Part shown: piece after piece, positions 40,409-54,002 of the stretch | Position numbering within the stretch: position 1 is the first letter of the stretch | How the letters are laid out: each line of letters starts with the position of its first letter | Origin: the human T2T-CHM13v2.0 reference genome, Homo sapiens | NCBI RefSeq assembly: GCF_009914755.1 | Contig: NC_060930.1 | Reading direction: 5' to 3' (one strand) | DNA length: 64,000 nucleotides | The notes under the pieces: generated by a model | What the model saw: only the letters and a program-made list of their open reading frames with translations | Databases searched by the model: none | What the model was told of the DNA's origin: nothing | Position numbers and translations under genes: made by a program

Positions 40409-42140
40409 GGGGAATTCCCTATGATCAGTTGACAGAGGAAGAGAAGACTAGGGCCTGGTTCACTGATGGTTCTGCACAATATGCAGGCACCACCCAAAAG
40501 TGGACAGCAGCAGCATGACAGCCCCTTTCTAGGACATCTCTGAAGGACAGCAGTGAAATCTTCCCAGTGGGCAGAACTTCAAACAGTGCATCTGGTTGTA
40601 CACTTTGCATGGAAGGAGAAATGGCCAGACGTGCGATTATATATTGATTCGAGGGCTGTAGCCAATGGTTTGGCTGGATGGTCATGGACTTGGAAGAAGC
40701 ATGATTGGAAAATTGGTGACAAAGAAATTTGGGGAAGAGGTATGTTGATGGACCTCTCTGAGTAGTCAAAAACTGTGAAGATATTTGTATCCCATGTGAG
40801 TGCTCACCAACAGGTGACCTTGGCAGAGGAGGATTTTAATAATCAAGTGGATAGGATGACCTGTTCTATGGACACCACTCAGCCTCTTTCCCCAGCCACC
40901 CCTGTCATTGCCAAGTAGGCCCATGAACAAAGTGGTAATGGTGGCAGAGATGGAGGTTGTGCATGGGCTCAGCAACGTGGACTTCCACTCACCAAGGATG
41001 ACCTGGCTATGGCCACTGCTGAGTGCCCAATTTGCTAGCAGCAGAGAGCTACACTGAGCCCTCAATATGACACCATTCCTCGTGGTGATCAGCCAGTGTC
41101 CTGGTGGCAGGTTGATTATATTGGAACTCTTCCATCATGGAAAGGGCAGAGGTTTGTCCTCATTGGAATAGACACTTACTCTGAATATGGGTTTGCCTAT
41201 CCTGCCTGCAGTGCTTCTGGCAAGACTACCATCCATGGACTCACAGAATGCCTTATCTACCATCATGGTATTCCACACAGCATTGTCTCTGACCAAGGTA
41301 CTCACTTTATGGCTAAATAAGTGAAGCAGTGAGCTCATGCTCATGGAATTCACTGGTCCTACCATGTTCCCTATCACTCTGAAGCAGCTGGATTAATAGA
41401 ATGGTGGAATGGCCTTTTGAAGTCACAATTACAATGCCAACTAGGTGACAATACTTTGCAGGGCTGGGACAAAGTTCTCCAGAAGGCTGTGTATGCTCTG
41501 AATCAGAGTCCAATATATGATACTGTTTCTCCCATAGCCAGGATTTATGGGTCTGGGAATCACGGGGTGAAAGTGGAAGTGGCACCACTCACCATCACCC
41601 CTAGTGATCCACTAGCAAAATTTTTGCTTCCTGTTCCCACGACATTATGTTCTGTTGGCCTAGAGGTCTTAGTTCCAGAGGAAGGAACACAGCCACCAGG
41701 AGGCACAACAATTCCATTAAAATGGAAGTTAAGATAGCCACCTTGGGCTCCTCCTACCTTTAAGTCAACAGGCTAAGAGGAGAGTTACAGTGTTTGCTGA
41801 GGTGACTGACCCAGACTATCAAGATGAAATCAGAATACTACTTCATAATGAAGGTAAGGAGCAGTATGTATGGAATACAGAAGATCCATTAGGCTGTCTC
41901 ATAGTATTGCCATGCCCTGTGATTAAGGCCAATGGGAAACTACAACAGCCCAAGCCAGGCAGGACTACAAATGGTCCAGACTCCTCAGAAATGAAGATTT
42001 GGTTCACTCCACGAGGAAAAAATCTGCTACCTGCTGAGGTGCTTTCTAAAGGCAAAGGGAATACAGAATGGGTAGTAGAAGAAGGTAGTCATCAATACCA
42101 GCAGCTACCACATGACCAGCTGAAGAAACAAGGAAGGTAA
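40409..42140 (+). pseudogene. HERV-L pol remnant: RNase H, integrase and dUTPase, with stops and frameshifts
   Basis: AWFTDGSA and SSQWAEL (RNase H); WQVDYIG, IDTYS and IVSDQGTHF (integrase); VTDPDYQDEI (dUTPase). Confidence 0.9.
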
Positions 42141-42816
42141 CTGTCATGTGTATTTTCTCCTTTAGTTAATAACATATTTGTGCATTATACACTTGTACTA
42201 ATAAAATATCTTCATTTCCTTTTCCTTTATCATGTGACATGAGATTTATTGACTTCCTATCAGCATTTAAGTATCGTTAACTTTATATAATAGTATTTGG
42301 GTTGGGTGTTGGTGCATTTCCAGTTGTATGAAGGATGGTTGTATTATGTTAGTGTAGTTATGACCTCATTATTGTCTTTCTTTGAGATTGTGTATGACCT
42401 CAGGAGATGTGTATGGGTTCAAGTTGACAAGGGGTGGACTTTTGATGGTTAATACTTAGTGTCAACTTGATTGGATTGAAGGATGCAAAGTATTGATCCT
42501 AGGTGTGTCTGTGAGGATGTTGCAAAAGGAGATTAACACTTTAGTCAGTGGGCTGGAGAAGGCAGATCCACCCTTAATCTGGTGGGCACAATCTAATCAG
42601 CTACCAATGAATATAAAGCAGGCAGAAAAACGTGAAAAGGTGAGATTGGCCTAGCCCCCCCCAGCCTACGTCTTTCTCCTGTGCTGGACGCTTCCTGCCC
42701 TCAAACATTGGACTCCAAGTTCTTCAGTTTTGGGACTAGGACTGGCTCTCCTGGCTCCTCAAGCTTGCAGATGGCCTATTGTGGGACCTTGTGATTTATT
42801 AAGACTTAATAAACTC

Positions 42817-44147
42817 ATATATATATATTTATATAAATATATAAAATATATATTTTATATATATTTATATAAAAATATATATAAAATATATATTTTATAT
42901 ATATTTATATAAAAATATATATAAAATATATATTTTATATATATTTATATAAAAATATATATAAAATATATATTTTATATATATTTTTATATAAATATAT
43001 ATAAAATATATATTTTATATATATTTATATAAAAATATATATAAAATATATATTTATATATATTTATATAAATATATATAAAATATATATTTTATATATT
43101 TTTATATATGTATAAAAATATATAAAATATATTTATATTATATATTTATATATATAAATATATATTTATTTATATATAAATATATATTTATATATATAAA
43201 TATATATATATAAATAAATATATATATTTATTTATAAATAAATATATATATTTATTTATAAATAAATATATATATTTATTTATATTATATATATATTTAT
43301 TTATATTATATATATATTTATTTATATTATATATATATTTATTTATATATAAAATATATATATTTATTTATATATGATATTTATTTATATAACTTTTATG
43401 TATAAATTTTTTATATAAAATATATTTATATATTATATATTTATAAAATATATTTATATATTATATATTTATAAAATATATTTATATATTATATATTTAT
43501 AAAATATATTTATATATTATGTATTTATAAAATATATTTATATATTATGTATTTATAAAATATATTTATATATTTATATTTATATCTTGTATATAAATAC
43601 ATATATAAATATATATGTATTTATATACAAGATATAAATATATATGTATTTATATACAAGATATAAATATATATGTATTTATATACAAGATATAAATATA
43701 TATGTATTTATATACTAGATATAAATATATATGTATTTATATACTAGATATAAATATATATGTATTTATATCTAGATATAAATATATATGTATTTATATA
43801 CTAGATATAAATATATATGTATTTATATACTAGATATAAATATATATGTATTTATATACTAGATATAAATATATATGTATTTATATACTAGATATAAATA
43901 TATATGTATTTATATACTAGATATAAATATATATTTATATACTAGATATAAATATATATTTATATACTATATATAAATATATATGTATTTATATACTATA
44001 TATAAATATATATGTATTTATATACTAGATATAAATATATATGTATTTATATACTAGATATAAATACATATCTTTTATTTATATTTATATATGTATTTAT
44101 ATATAAATACATATATAAATATATATATAAATATATATAAAAATATA
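42817..44147. repeat. ~1.3-kb AT-rich compound array with ~40-bp, ~27-bp and 29-bp sub-units inside the 3' LTR
   Basis: Read directly; the 29-bp unit atatatgtatttatatac(a/t)agatataaat repeats from about 43611 to 44070. Confidence 0.97.
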
Positions 44148-44334
44148 TGTAGGATCTCAAGAGATGTCTACGGGTTCAAGTTGACAAGCGGTGGACTTGT
44201 GATGGTTAATACTGAGTGTCAACTTGATTGGATTGAAGGATGCATAGTATTGATGCAAAGTATTGATCCAAGATATATATATATGTATCTCCTATTAGTT
44301 CTGTCCCCGTAGGGAACCCTAATACACAGTTTTA

Positions 44335-44980
44335 TCACCTTCTAAATAGATTCAGAACCTTCTTACTTCAAACTGTCTCCACAGCCACGCCCCTAGCTCA
44401 AACCACTATTGTCTCCACCTGGATGATTGCAGAAGCCTCCCTGCTGGTTTCCCTGCTCCTGTCCCTTACAATCTGTTCTGAACAGAGCAGCCAGAGTGAT
44501 CCCATCAAAACTTAAGTCTGATCATGTCCACTCCTCTGGTCAAAACCCTCTGATGGCATCCTGACTTGCTCAGGATAAAATTGGAAGTTTCTACAATGAT
44601 CTACAGGGTCTAGGTACCTATGACCTCTCTGGCTTCATCTCCTTTTTATCTACCTTGCTTATTCTGATGTAGTTACATAGGCCTCTTTATCATTCTTGGA
44701 ACATAATAGGCAAACCCCTCCTTTGCACTTGCTCTTCCCTTTGTCTGGAACTGGCTTTCTCCCAGGTAATCCACACAGCTTCCTCCCTCACTTAAAGTCT
44801 TTGCTCAAATTCACTCCATCATAAAAGCCTATGTTGAACACCCTGTAAGTCAGCATCCCTGCCTAGAATATCCTTATCCTTTATTCTAGCAGCTATCACC
44901 ATCATTTCATTTTTAGGCTCTCAGAACAGAGACTTTGCTCTGTTCACTACTGTAAGCCCAGTACCTAGTACAGTGCTTAA
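44335..44980 (+). mobile_element. L2 fragment, probably continuous with L2 sequence upstream of the HERV-L (about 38880-39040)
   Basis: cagcagccagagtgatc, ctttgcacttgctcttccct, ctgttcactactgta...cagtacctag. Confidence 0.7.
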
Positions 44981-44992
44981 TCTAGGAGATTC

Positions 44993-45280
<288 letters not shown>

Positions 45281-46149
45281 AGTACCTAGGAGATTCTTAA
45301 TACATATTTCCTGAATGAATGAATGGGCACTTAACTATGTTCCAGGCTCTGTGTTAAATTCCTTACATACATTTTCTCATTGAACCCTCAGAACAAAAAA
45401 ATTGGCCTGTGTTGTTACATACTTTTAATGCTGAGGAGTAACTCTCTCCAAGTCACACAGACTGGAAGTACATCAAGATATGCTGGCTCTGAATCACTAA
45501 GCTTTATCACCATCTCTCCTACTTCTAATGAGAAGCTTATAAGGAATGTACAAAAAGATGACTAATGTTAGAGGGGCAGAAATAAGTTTCCTGAACTTTA
45601 GCTGTTCTTTCACAGTGAGGGAGGAAAAGGGAGGTGCCTAAATTGGCCAAGGGGTTGAAGCTTAAAGGAGGGGTTTCTTTAGAGAGATTTGGTGCCTGCC
45701 ATAGTAGGGATAAAGAAATTTTCTCTCAAGGTTAATGTGAGAGTTTAATAAAAGGAATGTTTACAAAACTGTAGGAAGAGTGGAGGGAAACCACAAAGCA
45801 TGCTTCTGTACCCTGGAACTCATATCAGCTGAGTGCTCCTAGGACTGGAAGAGTCACCGGGGTGGAGAATGGAGCTGGACAGGTGAGGGCAAGATATCCA
45901 GCAGAGCAAAGGAAGGAGGGACTTTGGGTTTCCCAAGTATCCAGACAGATTCAATTTGCCATGCCACATAAGACCTTGTGGTGGACACTTGCTGCAAGTA
46001 CTTGGGACTCTCCTAAGGGGTTTTTCTGGCCTCAGGAGGAAGTCTGGGCATTTGCACAGCAGGTTGAAAGTGCCACGTGAATGAACACCCCAGGAGGCAT
46101 CCTCACAAATGACAAACGTAAGTTGGTAGACAGTTATCCAAACTTCCTC

Positions 46150-46729
<580 letters not shown>

Positions 46730-49700
46730 CTATGACAAACTGGAGTTTAGGAATAGTAAACATTCAAACAGATTTTCAAGTTAGGCCACTGGTATAATTT
46801 TGGAGACTGCAGGGCAAATTTTCCTATTGATCTGCAAAAAGCAATGGAAATCATAGGCTTTATGTCCTTGGATTCTTTGAGTGGTATTGGGAGGCAGAGG
46901 AAGGAGGGGAACAAATGGTTATTAATCCCAGGTTTACCAAATACATTGTCAGGCTGCGCAACTTGCAGGTGGTCTTGCCTGTTGTCTGGGAGGAGTGACT
47001 GAACAGCGTTCTCCCAGGCTGTCTGTGTTCTCAGTCAACTGAGTGAGGCTAAGACATGAGAAATGAAGAGCTCCAACTTTGTTTGGGTGGAATTCATTCA
47101 TTCATCCATTCAATGAATATGGACTAAACATGACAAAATGCCACGTAAGATGCTAATTATCATGCAAGTTACATTCACTAACACCACCTTAGAAAATAAA
47201 CTCATGAGAATAATTAAGTTCGAATACAATAGACTAGAAAATAATCAAATTTAACCATTTATTTTCTAGGATGTTTTCTACAAGACATTATTTAGGCAAA
47301 CTTTTGACTGCTAAGGCCATTCTACACATTGTAAATGAAAACAATTTTATTGTTATAGATGTTATAAATACACATACTTAAGAAGTTAAATTTTCTCTTT
47401 ACTAAAATTCTATTAGTCTGTAAAACCATTTTGTAAGGACCAAAAATATATTTATATATCACAATTTTAGTTACACTTCATCAAATTCCTATTCATCTGT
47501 ATAAGTCACATATCTTTTTTCATCTTAATATTTTATCCTCTGGTTAAACAAACAAACCAAACTTTTCAGCTTAGCTCTTTAAATTGTAAACCATCTTTCT
47601 TTTTTAACTATAGCATATATGGTTCAGTAAAATCATATTGTACCTCTCTTAGTAGGTAAATTTTATGTACAGACTGTTGTTTCTAAAATATATTTTACCA
47701 TTTCTTAAGTTTCCATTTGTAAGTGTAAGGTGTTTGCCTAATTTGAAGAAATTAGCTTTTCTCTCCAAAATTTATTATCTGAGCTCCCTATAATTTTTCA
47801 ACATACCATCTTTTATTTTAGACATACATTTAAAGCACAGATTTCATCATAATTACAGAATTAAAATAACTTTTAAATATATAGACATGCTTTTTTTCTC
47901 CTCATAGAAAGTCCACTTCTATGGTATTAACTTTTTTATATTTACTATCATGAGGTGAACTATTGAATTTCATGTTAGATTTTCACTGGGCTGACTGATA
48001 CTTAAGCTATTGTAGTTTATATCTTGAATCTCATTGTTTTACATATACACTATATGTAAATATGTTTTTTATACACACATACACATATACAGACACGCAA
48101 TGTTTTTAACTTCATTTTCAATTGTTTCTTTTTATCTCTCTGATGTTCATTCTTCAGAAGTCCTCTCCTTCCTTATCTTGTAGGTATGCTTTATTTACGA
48201 GTTTTTCTCAGGGGTAGGTATGCTTTATTTACGAGTTTGACTGTTTTGGTTAGCATTTGTAGTGCTGATGTGTAATGTGTTATGTTAATCTACTTAGGTA
48301 AAAATTGTGTCACGTCCTTCCTGGGAAAGTCAACTGGGGCTCAGTGGAGAAGATGCGGGAATGTGTGAGAGGTGGCAGTGGCCCACATGCTCATTCTCCT
48401 TCTGAAATGTAATTTACTCTGGTTTTGGGTAAGTTACATCAGCTTTTCTTGAAAATACAAAGCTGCTTGATCATAGTTGAAGGCAAATAACTGAGTTGAA
48501 TTTGTAGTTTCGCCACTGGAATTAACCTTGGGCAGGCAACAGAAGCACATCTCTCCACTTTGTTTTGGCAGCATGAGGAATGAGAATAATAATGCTGCCT
48601 ACTTTATGAGGAGAGCCTTAATGCATTGTACTTCTGTAGAACATTGCAAGATCCTGCCGCAAGGGGTGCTGGGAGGGCCTGGATGCTATAGAAATCTAAA
48701 TGCCATTATTCTTGGTATTTCAAAGCTATTCTCTCAGGGTCATAGCAGTCTCTCACCAGTGGGCTATTGAATTATTGTTATTGTTATGAATAAGAACTGG
48801 AATCTAGTCAGAAGAAACTGGAAATCTTAAGTTTTTATTGCTGCCCCAGACCTGAGCTTTTTGTATACATATGTGATTCTCTAAGATTAATTAGCTTAGT
48901 TGTTCCACATAAAAACAAAAACAGACTGGAAATGATTTCTGCTGCATCTCCAACAAAACAGGATATCAGCACCCAGACATCCAGAATGCGGACAAGGCCA
49001 GCAGGAGAGGGAAGAGGATGATGATGGCAAGATGGACATCCAGCCCCATTCTGGGAGATTTCATTATGGATGTGGGTTGTAACAGGAACAGTAGCATATG
49101 ATGAATGTCAGTCATAAATCAGGCTGTTTGAAGATTGTCACTGTTGGCCTGGAGAGTCAGATTATTCTCACTGGGACTCCTGGAAAGTCTTTCTGTACTT
49201 CTGTATCTACTGCTGATCAAATTAGAAGGAAGTAGTACAACGGATGTATAAATATAATTCAGCCTCCCACCTCTACCTCCAAATGGTTTTCTGCTCTGCA
49301 GGAGCCTCTTCTCCGGTTTCCCTACTGCCAGCCTTTCTCAGGCTCTTCCATCCGCTGTGCTACTGCCAGAATATTTTTCTCCTGGGAACAAAATCGGAAT
49401 TTCTCTCTCTCTCTTGCTTGAAAACCTCTCAATTCCCAGATGTTGCCCACAAGACTCATTCCAAATTCCTCTGGCAGGAATATAAGGCCAGTTACAATTT
49501 GGCCTCAAGCTGACTCATTCCTTTTATTCCTGGCCACTGTAATCCTATGCTTTAAATTCCAGCTTCAGGAAATTTTTTTAGCACTTCTTTAAACAGCAGG
49601 GCCCTTTGGTCTGCCTTTACCCAAACTGTTCCCTTCACCTGAAAACGCTGTCTGCCCAAAGCCACCTTGTGGACACTCATCCTTCTGCATCCTGCTCAAA

Positions 49701-49826
49701 GGCTGTGCACCCTTCCTTGGAACCTTTCTCTCTCTGGTCTCCCCAGCCCTGAGTACATCCCCTCTCTACCAACCACAGAGTTAAAGTTACCTCTGCTTTT
49801 GTGAGGGTAAGAAGTATACTTCTCAC

Positions 49827-50113
49827 TTTTTTTTTTTTTTGAGACACATTCTCGCTTTGCCATGCAGGCTGTAGTATAGTGGCATGATTACAGCTTACTG
49901 TAGCCTCAACCTCCCAGTCTCAAGCAGTCCTCCCACCTCAACCTCCTGAGTAGTTGGGACTATAGGCACATGCCACCAGGCTTGGTCAATTTTTGTATTT
50001 TTTATAGAGATGAGCTTTTGCCCAGGCTGGATTCAAACTCCTGGGCTCAAGTGATCCTCCTGCCTGGGCCTCCCAGTGTGCTGGGATTATAGGTGTGAAC
50101 CACTGTGCCCAGC
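49827..50113 (-). mobile_element. Alu (AluJ-like)
   Basis: poly-T followed by an antisense Alu body. Confidence 0.93.
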
Positions 50114-50983
50114 GCTTTTCACTGTCTTACCCCCACCTCTTTAATCCTAGAGACTGGCATTTGTATTTCTGAATGAGTGGACTATATCTCAGGTTTTCCT
50201 TTTATAGGCATACTGTAAAGCGGCATTCTAAAGCCTTATGGGAGATGTACCTTCTAAAACTGAGCTTGAGCATATTTTTGTCTTAGGTGATGAGATTAGT
50301 GGAGATGCTGGGCTCTCGTGTAGTCCTGCCACACACAGACAGGGTCCCAGTGGATTCATGTCTTGTCTCACTGAATCTCATGCAAGGCAGGCTACGTTAA
50401 GGCAAGGCTCTGATCAGGAGATGCTCAACCCATGTTGTCACAGGGTGCTACAGGTGGAAGGGCCTCATAGAGGTCACCAGTCTCACCTTAGTTTACTAGA
50501 AAAAGAGACTGAAGCTAAAAAAATTGAGCGATGCTCAAGGAAACACAATAAGCTATTATCATAACTGAAATTTGCACCTGAGTGCCCCCACACTCCAGTG
50601 GCAGGCCATTGCTCTTTATGTCCAGCCCTGCCTCTGCTGTGGTACTTTCTCAGCCACTCAGCAACCACAGGGGGGCAGGCAGAGACCAACAAGCTAAGAC
50701 TCTCTTACTCCAAATGGGAACAAGTGGATATGGAAACTTGACCATGGTATTTTTTTCTAAACTGTGGCTCTGTCACAGCAGGCTGACACCTCTTCCTCTT
50801 CTCCTTTTGGTTAGCTGCTCTGACCTACTTAGACCAAAGGAATCTGAGTCTTTCCTTTGTCCCTACTCTTCTGTCTACCCCTGGGTTCTTACATATGCTT
50901 TCTCTAGTTTGGTTTTGCCTCTTCTCCATCTCACTACTCCTTGCTCCCTTAGCATCTGGGTATATCAGGAACAAGGATTTAAT

Positions 50984-50984
50984 A

Positions 50985-51015
<31 letters not shown>

Positions 51016-51019
51016 GTGT
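50984..51019. repeat. (TG)n microsatellite
   Basis: Read directly. Confidence 0.9.
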
Positions 51020-52190
51020 ATATATGTGTATTTCCTAATGCTTATTCAGGAAAGGTCATTACATTAAAGGTTTAAGGAGGCAAAGTACAAAGGAAATCCA
51101 ACAATCTATAATAAGCATCCTGTGTAACTTTCACATTGGATATTCATGTATGCATTTGTATATGTATAGAAATTTTGAATAGGGGTATTTATGCCAACAA
51201 ATGGGTAAATGAGGTATGAAATAAGATTGGGAGTGGAGGGAGATGTTGAACTAGAAGATACCTAACAATGTTTTAAGGAAAAAATTTTGTGATTCTTTTA
51301 AGTGATGGAATCCAGTAGGAAAAAGCCTAAAAGTTTTCACTAGAGATGTTTGATGGTTTTTCTTTTGGTTAAAATGGAAATAAAAACTAGGCCAAACACT
51401 GTTTTTGTGGGAGTGGGGTGGTACATGAGCTTGGGGTGTTTATCAGTTTTATTCATGGCAGTGACAAGTTCCCTCTCCTCTCTTATAAACACTCCCTACA
51501 CTCATTTATTAGCATAACATAAAGGACCTCCAGTGAAAGCTTGCCCTTTGGTCTCTGACATAGAGAGATCATCACAGCACTCCTCCACACAGAGGGTACA
51601 CTTAATACACACTGAGATCCTTGATTGTCTTCCTTGGTCCTCATCAGGGTCCAGCATTAAAGGCAATTGAACACATTTCCAGAGTGTGCCTTCCAGTGTC
51701 CAAAATTAGTGTCACAACTAAGTTTACATTTGTGACAAGATAAAATGTTACAGGATTTATAATAATTCATTATAATTACGTACAGCTAATATCTTCAGAC
51801 AAATTGGCTAAGACGTGTTTAAAGAGTTCAAAAGGAAAACAGAAAAAACTCAACTTTAAGAACATAAAATAGTCCCATAATTTACACAAGATTACACAAT
51901 TGATAAATGCTTAATAGAAATTAGAAATGTCCTTTGAATATTAAAATATTCTTTAAAAGTTTAATTATAGCCCTATAAGAGAACATATATGAGAATGGTT
52001 AAAAAATATCTTAAAATTTCAGAGATAGGCAAAAATGCAAACAGAGCTTAAGAACACTTCTAAAGACATTAAAAAAGGCACTAAGAGTTCAACAATCTGA
52101 TTATTTGATTTGAGCATCAGGTGAATGGGTTTTAGGAAGAAAGGCAAGAATGAAAAACTCAAGTGTACAGATGAAAAGCTGTGAATGTAA

Positions 52191-52514
<324 letters not shown>

Positions 52515-52634
52515 CATATTTGGCATTTCTTTTGATAATTCTTTTGCTTGTCTTCCATCTGTCCCCCCTTTCATTTCTCAACAGGCAATATCAAACCTTC
52601 AATATCCTCTATGCCTCTACCAAATTCCAGTGGT

Positions 52635-53114
52635 TGTAGTAGGAAAAAAAAAAACCGCCCCCTAAAAATGTCCACATTATAATCCCTGATCATGTGAATG
52701 TGTTAGGTTATGTTATAGCAAAAGGGAATTAAAGTTGTAGATAGAATTAAGGCTGCTAATCACGTGACTTTGAAAAGGGGAGACTGATCCTTATAAGTGG
52801 AAGAGGGAGACACATGAGACAAAACCACAGAGACGGCAATATGAGAAGGCCTTGGCCTCATGTTACTGGCTGTGAAGATGGAGAAATGGGGTCATGAGTC
52901 AAGAAATGTGGGTAGCTCTGAAGTTGGAAAGGCAAGAACACAGATTCTGTCCCAGATCCCCAATGAGGAGATTCAGACTTGCCAACACCTTGCTTTAAAC
53001 CCAGTGAGATCCATGACAAATTTCTCACCTATAGACCTGTAAGATAATAAATGTATTGTTTCAAGTCACTACGTTTGTGGCAACTTGTTAGAGTAGCAAA
53101 AGGAAATAAATATA
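52635..53114 (+). mobile_element. MLT1D-type MaLR LTR
   Basis: gcaaaagggaattaaagttgtagatagaattaagg...gtaagataataaatg...; perfect TSD gtggt. Confidence 0.85.
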
Positions 53115-53154
53115 GTGGTCTTCAAATATTTTTGCTAAGATAATGCAAAAAAAA

Positions 53155-53360
53155 TTTTATTTTTTGAGACAGGGTCTTGCTCTGTCACCCAGGCTGGTAC
53201 GCAGTGGTGCAATTTTGGCTTCCTGCAACCTCTACATCCTGCTCCAGTGACCCTCCTACCTTAGCCTCTTGAATAACTGCAATTATAGGTGTGCACCACC
53301 ATGTCTGGCTTTTTTTTTTTTTTTTTTTTGTAGAGATGAGGCTTTACCGTGTTGCCCAGG
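53155..53360 (-). mobile_element. Truncated Alu (AluJ-like)
   Basis: gagacagggtcttgctctgtcacccaggctgg...gttgcccagg. Confidence 0.88.
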
Positions 53361-53701
53361 CATCAAAGAAATTTTGAACAAACACATACCTCTTCAAGTT
53401 TTCATGCAAACATCTAAAAATTTTTCAACATAAGTTTAAATAGTTGAAAAGGATGTGATTTTGGTGCATAGATATATTGTGTTTAAAACCTAAACCTAAA
53501 AGAAAAAGAATAAGAAGGAATAAAAAAGCCTTACAAGATTTATAAACCAGCATCAAAGGAACAAATATTTGAGCTACAGGAATTAAAGAAGAAGAGAGAA
53601 ACAAAGGGTTAGAAAACTTATTTAAAGAAATAATAGCAGAACACATTTCAAACTTGGAGATACAAATATCTAGGAACAGGAAGGTCAAAAATGTCCAATC
53701 A

Positions 53702-54002
53702 GGCCGGGCGCAGTGGCTCACACCTGTAATCCCAGCACTTTGGGAGGCCAATGTGGGTGGATCACGAGGTCAGGAGATCAAGACCATCCTGGCTAACATG
53801 GTGAAACCCCGTCTCTACTAAAAATACAAAAAATTAGCTGGGCGTGGTGGTGGGTGCCTGTAGTTCCAGCTACTCAGGAGGCTGAGGCAGGAGAATGGCA
53901 TGAACCTGGGAGGTGGAGCTTGCAGTTGAGCCGAGATCACACCATCGCACTCCAGCCTGGGTGACAGAGAGAGACTCTATCTCAAAAAAAAAAAAAAAAA
54001 AA
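53702..54002 (+). mobile_element. AluY-like element
   Basis: gagatcaagaccatcctggctaac, gagaatggcatgaacc and ggagcttgcag diagnostics; gtccaatca on both flanks. Confidence 0.92.

Larger units (their letters stand above)
39082..44326 (+). mobile_element. Deleted and rearranged HERV-L provirus with MLT2A-type LTRs
   Basis: Starts tgtgatggtt, ends ctaataca, TSD cagtc/cagtt. 5' LTR about 39082-39430, internal region 40409-42440, PPT aaggggtggac, 3' LTR from 42441. Confidence 0.92.

Noticed and set aside
39379-40518. Long ORFs (up to 297 aa) on both strands rich in Y/I/H/T/C/V/M
   Set aside because: Artefact of the RY repeat, which cannot form stop codons; not a protein gene.
40409-42140. Domesticated integrase or dUTPase gene
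   Set aside because: Multiple in-frame stops and frameshifts; no intact domain.
43611-44070. 29-bp quasi-palindromic repeats resembling a CRISPR array
   Set aside because: Units are head-to-tail with no unique spacers, there are no cas genes, and the context is primate DNA.
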